Positions 43,135 to 52,200 of a stretch of 64,000 nt of DNA are shown in pieces (positions within the stretch are counted from its first letter, which is position 1; each line of letters starts with the position of its first letter). Source of the stretch: an uncultured Bacteroidales bacterium (GTDB taxonomy: Bacteria; Bacteroidota; Bacteroidia; Bacteroidales; FEN-979). Location of the stretch: positions 1,755 through 65,754 of the forward strand of contig CAIJYT010000281.1 of assembly GCA_903824935.1 (NCBI GenBank), read 5' to 3'. The translations under genes and the position numbers were made by a program. Under the pieces are notes generated by a model. That model did not search any database. It saw nothing but the letters and a program-made list of their open reading frames with translations, and was not told the origin of the DNA.

Positions 43135-44670
43135 CTATTGACAACCATAATTTTTAAGATGCTCTTCCCAGGATTTAAGCTGCTGGTTTTTCAGGACGCG
43201 GGGAAATTTATGAGCCCCTCCTTCCTTGCCCTGAGCTTTCATCCATTCATAAAAGACCTGCAAAGGTATTATTTCCGCCTGAATCTCCCTAATGGCTTCA
43301 AGTCTTTCAACCCGGTAATCATCATTCAGGACTTTCAGGTATTCATCCAGCTTCCGGGCAAGGATTAAAGCATCGGCATCTGAATCGGTTCCAAGGTACC
43401 ATTTATGGCCGAACAGGCTGCCGTTCCGGATACCGCAAACGGTGAACTCATTGATCTTAATATTCATCTCATCCTGAAGTAACTTTACCGCACGGTTCAT
43501 GTTGTCCTGCGACAGGTGTTCACCGCAGAGGCTGAGGAAATGTTTTGTCCTGCCTGTCAAAACAATCTCACAGGCAGCGGGATTTGTAAATTTCACGGTA
43601 TCCCCGATCAGGTACCTCCATGCCCCCGCGCAGGACGACAGCAGAAGGGCATAATTCTTTCCTTCGGCCACTTCCTCAAGGCTCAGGATTTCGGGATTTT
43701 CCTTCAGGTTGCCTTCTTCATCGAAATTCCTTTCATTGTATGGAATGAACTCAAAATAGATCCCGTTGTCGGTGATAAGGACCATGGAATTTTTGCTTTC
43801 GGGGTACTGGTATGCAATATAACCTTCGGATGAAAGATAGGATTCATTATAAACGATACTTTTTCCGAGAAGGTTCTGGAAGCTGTTAACGTAAGGTTCG
43901 AAGGAAACCCCGCTGTGCACATAAGCACCGAAATTTGGCCAGATCTCATGAATATTACGGAGCTTGTATTCTGCAATGATCCTCTCAAAGATGATCTGGA
44001 TCCAGGCGGGGACCCCTACAACGATGCCGATATCCCAATCAGGGGCATTACGGACGATCTCGTTAAGCTTCACCTGCCACTCCACCTCCCTGGAAATGCT
44101 TTTCCCGGGTTTGTAAAAATGCTGGAACCAGAACGGGATGTTTTTGGCGGTAATACCCGAAACATCACCCTGGTAATAGGTGCCGTTATACTGAAGGTGG
44201 GTGCTTCCGCCTATCATAAGAATTCCCTTTTCATAGAATTCATCGGGAAAATCATACTTGGTCGTGCTTACAAGCAGACGGATAGTCGCCTTCCGGATGG
44301 CCCAAAGCATATCGTTTGTCACCGGGATCTGTTTGGAAGAAGCATCGGCAGTGCCTGAGGTCAGGGCAAAATACTTGACCCGGCCTGGCCAGGTCACATA
44401 AGCTTCACCGTTCAGGCTCCTGTACCACCAGGCACTGAACATGGAATTATAATCATGAACCGGTACTGCTGCACGAAAACTGCAGACGAGATTTGCAGAA
44501 TCCAGGATCCCCGAAAAGCCGTAATGTTCCCCGAATGCTGTCCCCTGGGCCTTTGTAAGCAGCTTTCTCAGGACTTTCCTTTGTTCCCTAACCGGGTCCG
44601 CGTTTTTAATGTCAATAGGGAAACGTCGTATCTCGTATGCTTTTTTGATTATCGACCCAAGCAGCGGCAT
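43135..44670 (-). CDS. GH3-family (acyl-acid amido synthetase-like) adenylating enzyme
   Basis: 511 aa. Length and blocks (FALTSGTADASSKQIP, YLSSEGYIAYQ, GEHL) match the bacterial 'GH3 auxin-responsive promoter' family as I recall it. Confidence 0.7.
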   Translation of the reverse strand: MPLLGSIIKKAYEIRRFPIDIKNADPVREQRKVLRKLLTKAQGTAFGEHYGFSGILDSANLVCSFRAAVPVHDYNSMFSAWWYRSLNGEAYVTWPGRVKYFALTSGTADASSKQIPVTNDMLWAIRKATIRLLVSTTKYDFPDEFYEKGILMIGGSTHLQYNGTYYQGDVSGITAKNIPFWFQHFYKPGKSISREVEWQVKLNEIVRNAPDWDIGIVVGVPAWIQIIFERIIAEYKLRNIHEIWPNFGAYVHSGVSFEPYVNSFQNLLGKSIVYNESYLSSEGYIAYQYPESKNSMVLITDNGIYFEFIPYNERNFDEEGNLKENPEILSLEEVAEGKNYALLLSSCAGAWRYLIGDTVKFTNPAACEIVLTGRTKHFLSLCGEHLSQDNMNRAVKLLQDEMNIKINEFTVCGIRNGSLFGHKWYLGTDSDADALILARKLDEYLKVLNDDYRVERLEAIREIQAEIIPLQVFYEWMKAQGKEGGAHKFPRVLKNQQLKSWEEHLKNYGCQ

Positions 44671-44773
44671 CCTGAAATATTATTTGAAAAGTGTAAAATT
44701 ACTAAAAAAGATACTTAATTTCGAAACTGGTTTAACCCGGAGCATTAAGAAAATTAAGGCATTTGATAAGCTG

Positions 44774-45859
44774 ATGAAAAGAAAAATCATTCGTGGCCTG
44801 GTGATAGTTGCAGGCCTTGTGGTAATTACCGTAATCGGGTTTGTGTTGTTTCTTCAATTCACAGAGTACAACCCGGCCCCTATTGAAGTCGTTCAGGCGT
44901 CGGGGAAAGGCCGGCCTGTTCCCACAGATAAAAGAGAATTCACTTTCCTTACCTGGAATATAGGATATGCTGGCCTGGGAAAAGAGCTGGATTTTTTTCT
45001 TGACGGAGGGAAATTGGTTCAGCCCGGGAGAGAATATACTGACCGTTACCTGAAAGGGATCTCTGCCGATTTGAAATCATATGATACAGTCGACTTTATC
45101 ATGATACAGGAGATCGACAGAGATTGTAAGCGCACCTATCATACCGATCAGCTGGTAACACTCGAAAAAGTCATTCCGGAATACACAGCCTCCTTCGCAC
45201 TCAATTATAAGGTCCCGTACATCCCTGTTCCGGTTACCGACCCCATAGGGCTTGTGAATGCCGGGCTCTGTACGTTTTCGAGGCATACACCCCAGAACAG
45301 CGAAAGGCATGCCTATGATGCATTTTTTTCATGGCCTAAGCGACTGGTCTTTCTTAAACGATGTTTCCTTGTTTCCTCCTTTGAGGTCTGCGGAGGCAAG
45401 CAGCTCCTCGTAATAAACCTGCATAATTCGGCTTTTGACGAAACAGGTGAATTGCGAAGCAGGGAGCTTGCCATACTCAGGGATTACCTGCAGACTGAGT
45501 ATCAGAAGGGAAATTACATCATCGTGGGAGGCGACTGGAATATGAACCCAAGGGGGTTCAGGCAGGAAGCTATACTCTCGGGCGACAAGGTATTTTCAAT
45601 CAACCCCGGGATGGATAAAACTTTCATGCCCGGCTGGGATGTGGTCTATGATCATTTATTGCCGACCAACCGCAATGTGGATGGCCCTTATAACAAGACT
45701 GTTACGGGCACTACAGTGATCGATTTTTTTGTAATTTCCCCCAACGTAAATTTATTGAATTGTTTTACGGTGGATAAGGGATTCACAAACTCCGACCATA
45801 ATCCCGTTTTTGCGAAATTCAGACTTCAGCCCTATACCCCGGGTGTTTCATTGAATTAA
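44774..45859 (+). CDS. endonuclease/exonuclease/phosphatase (EEP)-family protein with N-terminal TM anchor
   Basis: Start at MKRKIIRGLVIVAGLVVITVIGFVLF. EEP-like blocks FLTWNIGYAG, MIQEID, GGDWNM, SDHNPV. Confidence 0.7.
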   Translation: MKRKIIRGLVIVAGLVVITVIGFVLFLQFTEYNPAPIEVVQASGKGRPVPTDKREFTFLTWNIGYAGLGKELDFFLDGGKLVQPGREYTDRYLKGISADLKSYDTVDFIMIQEIDRDCKRTYHTDQLVTLEKVIPEYTASFALNYKVPYIPVPVTDPIGLVNAGLCTFSRHTPQNSERHAYDAFFSWPKRLVFLKRCFLVSSFEVCGGKQLLVINLHNSAFDETGELRSRELAILRDYLQTEYQKGNYIIVGGDWNMNPRGFRQEAILSGDKVFSINPGMDKTFMPGWDVVYDHLLPTNRNVDGPYNKTVTGTTVIDFFVISPNVNLLNCFTVDKGFTNSDHNPVFAKFRLQPYTPGVSLN

Positions 45860-45869
45860 TCTATGACCC

Positions 45870-46760
45870 ATGCTAAGCAATGCCGAAAAATATTCAGTAA
45901 CAGATAGCACCACACTGATTGAATTCCTGGCGATTCGTTATCCGCAGTCATCAAAAACAGGAATTAAGAAAATGATAATTCACGGCAGCATCAGTGTTAA
46001 CGGGAAAATCGAAAGGAATCCCGCCCAAATGGTGAAAGCGGGTGATGAGATCATCTACCAGAGAAATACCATGGTTGCAAGACCCAAAGCCCCGTTCAGG
46101 CTGATATTTGAAGACGAACACATCATCGTTATCGAAAAACCTGCAGGCCTTCTCACATACGGCGACAAGGGAACCTCGGGCACATCCGCTTATAAGGAGA
46201 TGAAAGAGTATCTTTTCAAAAATTCAACGGGCCGATCCGAACTATTCATAGTCCATCGTCTCGACAGGGAAGTATCCGGGATTTTAATGTTTGCCCGTTC
46301 GGAGGCAATCCAGGAAAGACTTAAAGATAACTGGAAGGAATTTACGAAAAAATACCAGGCTCTGACTGAGGGTGTTTTCAGTGAAGAGAGCGGGGAGATA
46401 ACAAGCTGGTTGTCGGATGACAGGGCCGGGTTTAAAGTTTATTCTGGCAGGGAGCGGGATGGCGCCAGGTACGCTGAAACGAAGTGGAGTGTTCTGAAAG
46501 TCATGGAGGACTACACCCTGGTTGAGCTCCAGCTTGTTACTGGGAGAAAGAACCAGATCAGGGTGCATCTTTCCGATATCGGCCACCCCGTTGTCGGCGA
46601 CAGAAAATACGGGGCTGATGCGACATGGAAACGCAGAATAAGGCTTCACGGATATTACCTCAGGATTCGCCACCCGAAAACCGATGAATGGCTTGAATTC
46701 CGGAGTGACCTGCCAAAGGGCTTCCTGGTTCTGCACCCAAAGCATGAAAATTATAAGTAA
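45870..46760 (+). CDS. RluA-family pseudouridine synthase with N-terminal S4-like domain
   Basis: Catalytic motif HRLDREVSGILMFA and KKYQALTEG, RKNQIRVHL blocks. Confidence 0.85.
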   Translation: MLSNAEKYSVTDSTTLIEFLAIRYPQSSKTGIKKMIIHGSISVNGKIERNPAQMVKAGDEIIYQRNTMVARPKAPFRLIFEDEHIIVIEKPAGLLTYGDKGTSGTSAYKEMKEYLFKNSTGRSELFIVHRLDREVSGILMFARSEAIQERLKDNWKEFTKKYQALTEGVFSEESGEITSWLSDDRAGFKVYSGRERDGARYAETKWSVLKVMEDYTLVELQLVTGRKNQIRVHLSDIGHPVVGDRKYGADATWKRRIRLHGYYLRIRHPKTDEWLEFRSDLPKGFLVLHPKHENYK

Positions 46761-46765
46761 GAAGA

Positions 46766-47569
46766 TCAGGAACTGAAATTCCGCTGCCGCCTTGCCTCAA
46801 ATATTACGATGGCTGCAGAAACAGAGACATTCATTGAATCTATCGTGCCCCCCATGGGGATCTTGATGGAATGATCGGCTCCTTCAAGCCAGTTTTCACT
46901 GAGCCCTGTAGATTCAGTTCCCATTACAAAGGCTGCAGGACCTCTGAAATCGCATTCATGATAAAACTTATCGGCGCCAAGGGAAGTGGCATAGGAAGTA
47001 ATATGCTTAGAGCGCAGCCAGCCAAGTGTTTCTTTTACTGAGCTGACTGCAACCGGCACGGTAAAAATACAGCCGATGCTCGAACGCACGGCATTGGGAT
47101 TGTACACATCGGTAAGAGGATCACAGATGATGACTGCATCAAGATGTGCTGCATCCGCGGTGCGGAGAACGGCTCCAAGGTTACCGGGCTTTTCAACCGA
47201 TTCCAGGATCAGGAACAATGGGTTTGGGGAAAGGACAAGACTACTTAGTTCATACTGTCGGGGGCGCGCCAGGGCAACCAGCCCTTCGGCGTCGTTCCTG
47301 TATGCAATACGGTTGTATACCTGCAGGGAAACCTCGTACAGGCCTTCGACAGATGAATCTCCCACCATTTTTACCGCTTTTTCCTGAGGCAGAAGATCAG
47401 GGCAGAAGAAAACAGAATGTATCGAAAATCCGGCTGACATCGCCAGGCTGAATTCCCTCAATCCCTCAATAATGAACAGATCCTGTTTTTTCCTTTCACG
47501 GGATTTTTCCCCCAGCAAAAGCAGATTTTTAATGTTTGGATTTTGCAGGCTTGTGATACAGTTAATCAT
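46766..47569 (-). CDS. TrmH/SpoU-family RNA 2'-O-methyltransferase
   Basis: SpoU blocks LESVEKPGNLGAVLRTA, GTESTGLS, IPMGGTIDSMNVSVSAAI. The probable start is MINCITSLQNPNIK at 47569 (the ORF track starts at TTG 47620). Confidence 0.8.
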   Translation of the reverse strand: MINCITSLQNPNIKNLLLLGEKSRERKKQDLFIIEGLREFSLAMSAGFSIHSVFFCPDLLPQEKAVKMVGDSSVEGLYEVSLQVYNRIAYRNDAEGLVALARPRQYELSSLVLSPNPLFLILESVEKPGNLGAVLRTADAAHLDAVIICDPLTDVYNPNAVRSSIGCIFTVPVAVSSVKETLGWLRSKHITSYATSLGADKFYHECDFRGPAAFVMGTESTGLSENWLEGADHSIKIPMGGTIDSMNVSVSAAIVIFEARRQRNFSS

Positions 47570-47725
47570 ATGCCGAAGGTACAAAGAATTCGTAAATGGT
47601 GTTCCGCCTGTATCCATCAAAATTTTTAAACCACTTCAGATAAAGATTTTATAAAAAAAATAAGGCTTTTTTAAATGATTTTGAAAAAATTCCTGAACAG
47701 AATAGTATGAGTACAAAATTTTTTT

Positions 47726-47733
47726 TAAATTTG
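47726..47733 (+). promoter_or_regulatory. possible Bacteroidota -7 promoter element (TAnnTTTG)
   Basis: TAAATTTG lies 26 bp upstream of the Rrf2 ATG (47759). Motif match only. Confidence 0.3.
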
Positions 47734-47758
47734 CGCATTGAAGTACCACAAATATTTT

Positions 47759-48157
47759 ATGTCAAAAATTTTTGCATTATCGGAAGCCTCCTCAATTGCA
47801 ATTCATAGCATGGTTTTAATTGCCCGTGCAGATGTGAGCATGAACGCAGTAAAAATTGCGGAATTTACAGGATTCTCAAAGAATCATATAGCAAAAGTCT
47901 TGCAGAGGCTTGTAAAAAGCGACCTGCTGAAATCAGTCAGGGGCCCATCCGGCGGTTTTTCGATGAAAAAAGATCCAAAAGACCTCACCCTCCTCGACAT
48001 TTACCAGGCGATTGAAGGCCCGATTGAACTGAACGATTGTCCTCTGTCGTATGAGATTTGCAACTTTGATCGTTGCCTTATGGGAAACGTGATCAACAAG
48101 CTTACTTCTGAATTCAGGAAATTTCTTGAGGATCAAACCCTGGGCACATACATGTAA
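47759..48157 (+). CDS. Rrf2-family transcriptional regulator with three-Cys cluster-binding motif
   Basis: N-terminal wHTH (IAEFTGFSKNHIAKVLQRLVKSDLL). The Cys triad CPLSYEICNFDRC is spaced as in IscR/NsrR-type Fe-S regulators. Confidence 0.8.
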   Translation: MSKIFALSEASSIAIHSMVLIARADVSMNAVKIAEFTGFSKNHIAKVLQRLVKSDLLKSVRGPSGGFSMKKDPKDLTLLDIYQAIEGPIELNDCPLSYEICNFDRCLMGNVINKLTSEFRKFLEDQTLGTYM

Positions 48158-48210
48158 TTTTTTTTAAATCAAAAAAGGTAAAAAGATACCCAAATACGCC
48201 TATAAAGATT

Positions 48211-49071
48211 ATGTTAAGAAAGATCATTCAGATAGATGAAGAGAAGTGTAACGGTTGCGGGCTTTGCATTCCGAACTGCCAGGAAGGAGCTTTACAGATC
48301 ATAGACGAAAAAGCCCGGCTTATCAGCGACCTGTTCTGTGATGGACTCGGTGCATGTATAGGTCATTGTCCCGAAGGAGCTATCGAGATCATAGAGCGTG
48401 AAGCCGAACCATATGACGAGCTCACTGTCATTGAGATCCTGGTCGGGAAGGGAAGGAACACGGTGATAGCCCATCTTGAGCATTTGAGGGATCATCATGA
48501 AGAAGTGTTTTTACAACAGGCAATCAATTACTTAAAAGAAAATAACATTGATATGAGTACCGAAAATAACGAAGCATTTCATCATTCTACAGGCCATTCC
48601 TGTCCCGGATCACTGGCCAGGGATTTCACGGCAGAAGTATCAGGGATTAATGAAGGTTTATCAACAATTGCAGGGCCTGCAGAAGCGACCTCGGAGCTCA
48701 GGCAATGGCCTGTCCAGATGCACCTGCTGAATCCTTCGGCATCTTATTTCAGGAATGCCGATGTGGTGCTGGCGGCAGATTGTGCAGCCTTTGCAATGGG
48801 GAATTTCCATTCCAGGTATCTGAAAGGAAAATCACTTGCGATTGCCTGTCCGAAACTCGACAGCAACAAGGAATCCTATATTGAAAAGCTTTCGGAAATG
48901 ATCTCGGGCTCAAGAATCAACTCGCTGACCGTCATAATGATGGAAGTTCCCTGTTGCGGAGGATTATTGCAATTCGCGAAAACGGCCAGGGAAAAGGCAG
49001 GGCGTAACATCCCGATAAAAAAAGCCTACATCAGTGTGCAGGGAGAGGTCCTTGAAGAGGAGTGGGATTAA
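48211..49071 (+). CDS. 4Fe-4S dicluster ferredoxin-domain protein with Cys-rich C-terminal domain
   Basis: CNGCGLCIPNC and CDGLGACIGHCP motifs at the N-terminus. The C-terminal domain has ADCAAF, ACPKLD and VPCCGG. Confidence 0.7.
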   Translation: MLRKIIQIDEEKCNGCGLCIPNCQEGALQIIDEKARLISDLFCDGLGACIGHCPEGAIEIIEREAEPYDELTVIEILVGKGRNTVIAHLEHLRDHHEEVFLQQAINYLKENNIDMSTENNEAFHHSTGHSCPGSLARDFTAEVSGINEGLSTIAGPAEATSELRQWPVQMHLLNPSASYFRNADVVLAADCAAFAMGNFHSRYLKGKSLAIACPKLDSNKESYIEKLSEMISGSRINSLTVIMMEVPCCGGLLQFAKTAREKAGRNIPIKKAYISVQGEVLEEEWD

Positions 49072-49278
49072 GGCCTGCAATAATTTCCTCATCTTCAGGT
49101 CAGGGATCCAGGCAACGTTTCCGGAAAAAAGTGTTATTGCAAGCAGGTTTATTTATTTTATCAGATGGAACGCCATCACTCTCTTGTAAAGGTTGTTCCA
49201 TAACATAATTTTACTATTTTTGCATGCCTTATCAGGTGAAAAAAACTTTTTTATTTCTTTATTAAATTCCAAATCAGC

Positions 49279-52200
49279 GTGAAAAGATTTACATTAATTT
49301 GTGCACTTATCCTGACAGCGTTTGTTACAGGATCGGTTTCCGGGCAGGAAATCACAACGAAACTGACCCGGATTCAGTGTCCCGACGGAGTGGAGACCTA
49401 TGTTTGCAAGGCTATGTACTTTGACATTTCCCCTCCTCTCTCCGAAATGGCCAAAGCCAGTAATGCCCTTGTGAAGAAAAAGAAATTCAGGGAGAATGAA
49501 AACCCGATGAATCCGAAATACCTGACTTTCGGGTATCATCCCTTCCTGCTTCCCGAAGATCCTGTATGGCAAAAACAGAACGGAACATACATGCCTCAGA
49601 CCAACGGTCCCATTGTGGATTTTGAAGGAACGGGAAATATCGATAATGTAATGCCCCCGGATACTCAGGGGGATGTCAGCACCGACAGGTACATCCAGGT
49701 GATCAATTCAAGGTTGACAATATGGAACAAGACAGGAGGGTTGGTTCAGGCACAGATGCCGTTATCCACCATCTGGAACGGGATTCCTGCCCCCTATAAC
49801 GGAAGGAATGACGGGGACCCCGTAGTCCTCTGGGACCAGGCTGCAGGCCGATGGATGATCTCCCAGTTTTCCTTACCAAGCGCCAGCCAGAATGCAGAAT
49901 TAGTTGCAATTTCAGCCACTTCTGATCCCACAGGGACCTGGTACCGTTATGTTTTCATGTTCGGCAACCAGATGCCCGATTACCCGAAACTTGGAGTTTG
50001 GCCTGATGGATATTATTTGGCATTCAACCAGTTTGCAAATCAGTCATCATACAGTGGCACCGGTGCCTGCGCTTTGCAGCGCGACAAGATGCTGACCGGA
50101 GATCCAAGTGCAGCAATGGTTTATAAGACCCAGGGAACATCGGCTGCCAACCCCTGGGCTATGCTTCCAGCTGATTGGGATGGTACATCCGCTCCCCCGT
50201 CAGGCGCATCCAATTTTTTTATTTATTTTGATGACTGGAGTTCAACCACCACCCAGTATTTAAAAGTCTGGTCCTTCCATGTTGACTGGGCAACGACTTC
50301 AAACAGCACCTTTGCCCAGACAGATCAGATGACAACGGCTGCTTTTAATTCAACACTTTGTACAGACGCCACTGGCAGGGGACGCTGCGTTCCTGAGCCG
50401 GGCGGTTCAACAACAGCATATAAACTTGATGACCTGGCCGACCGCCTGATGTTCAGGAACCAATACAGGAATTTCGGGGGTTACCAGACCATGGTTGACT
50501 GCCATACTGTTAATGTCAGCGGCGGGCAGGCAGGATGCCGTTGGTATGAAATGAGAAATACGGGAAGCGGATGGAGCATTTACCAGCAGGGAACCTACGC
50601 ACCGGATGCAAATCACCGCTGGGTACCCAGTGTTTCCATGAATGGTAACGGTGATATTGCGTTAGCGTATTCAATTTCCAACAACTCCAATATTTATCCT
50701 TCGATCCGTTATACAGGCCGGCGTTCAAATGACGCCCTCGGCGTGATGACTGTTGCTGAACAGACTATCATTGATGGTACTGGTTCTCAAAATTATGCCA
50801 ATGATGGCAGGTGGGGAGATTATTCATGCATGTCTGTCGACCCATCCGATGACCAGACTTTCTGGTTTACCAGCGAATACGTGCAGACTACCGGCGGATG
50901 GACCTGGCAGACCCGCATTGCATCCTTCAAGTTCAGCAACCAGCCGATTGTTGTAACCACTGCTGCAACAGGTATAACCGGGATAGGGGCCACCCTGAAC
51001 GGGACCATTAATCCCAACGGGCTTTCATCAACCTATCATTTTGAATGGGGCACGACTACCGCTTATGGCAATAATACCTCGACGAACAGCGCAGGATCAG
51101 GTAGCTCGGCTGTAGCCGAAAGCGCACCCATTTCCGGGCTAATCGGGGGAACAACATACCATTTCAGGATTGACGGTACCAACAGTGACGGCACATCCAA
51201 CGGAAACGATATGACTTTCACTCCGGGTGCGGCCACGCTTACTACCACTGCTGCAACAAACATTACCATGACCACGGCAACTTCCGGTGGCAACGTGCTC
51301 GGCGACGGAGGCAGTACTGTTACTGCCAGGGGAGTTTGCTGGGGAACTTCAGCCAACCCGACAATCAGCGGGAGCCATTCAACAGACGGAGCCGGTACGG
51401 GAACTTTTGTAAGTTCACTCACCGGACTTACCGCCAACACCACATATCATATCAGGGCATACGCAACAAACAGTTTTGGCACATGGTACGGTAACGATCT
51501 TCAGTTTACAACACTTTGTTCTTACTATTCACTTCCGTTTACGGAGTCATTCAGCGCCACAACGATACCTTCCTGCTGGAGCCAGGTTGACCACCAGAGC
51601 AATGGCGAAGTATGGCTGTTCGGTGTTATTACCGGATATACAGGCCTGCCGGCACTTACCGGCAACTATGCTTATCTGTGCAGCCGTTGTTACGGCACCG
51701 GACAAACCCAGAATGCCGACCTGGTTACCCCGGTGCTGGATTGTTCAGCAAACAATAATGTCACCCTCGCCTTCAATCATTATTTCAGGCAGGGAGGAGG
51801 AGGATCCGCAACCCTTTCATACAGCATTGACGGGGGTACGACCTGGACTACGATACAGTCCTGGACTACCAGCACGGCGAACCCTGCAGCATTCAGCCAG
51901 GTCATTGCCGGGGTCGCCAACCAGTCCCAGGTCAAATTCAGATGGAATTATACGGGTACCTATGGCTACTGGTGGGCCGTTGATGATATCTCTGTAACAG
52001 GAACCACCACCAACACCCTTGCCGTGACACCTCCCAACCAGAACGTACCTGCCACTCCTGCAGGTTCAACCAATTTTACCGTGACATCCAATACTTCCTG
52101 GAACGCATCAAGCAACCAGGGTTGGTGTACTGTCACACCTTCAGGAACAGGCAACGGGACGATCACCGCGAATTACACCATAAACACCTCTGCAAGCCAG

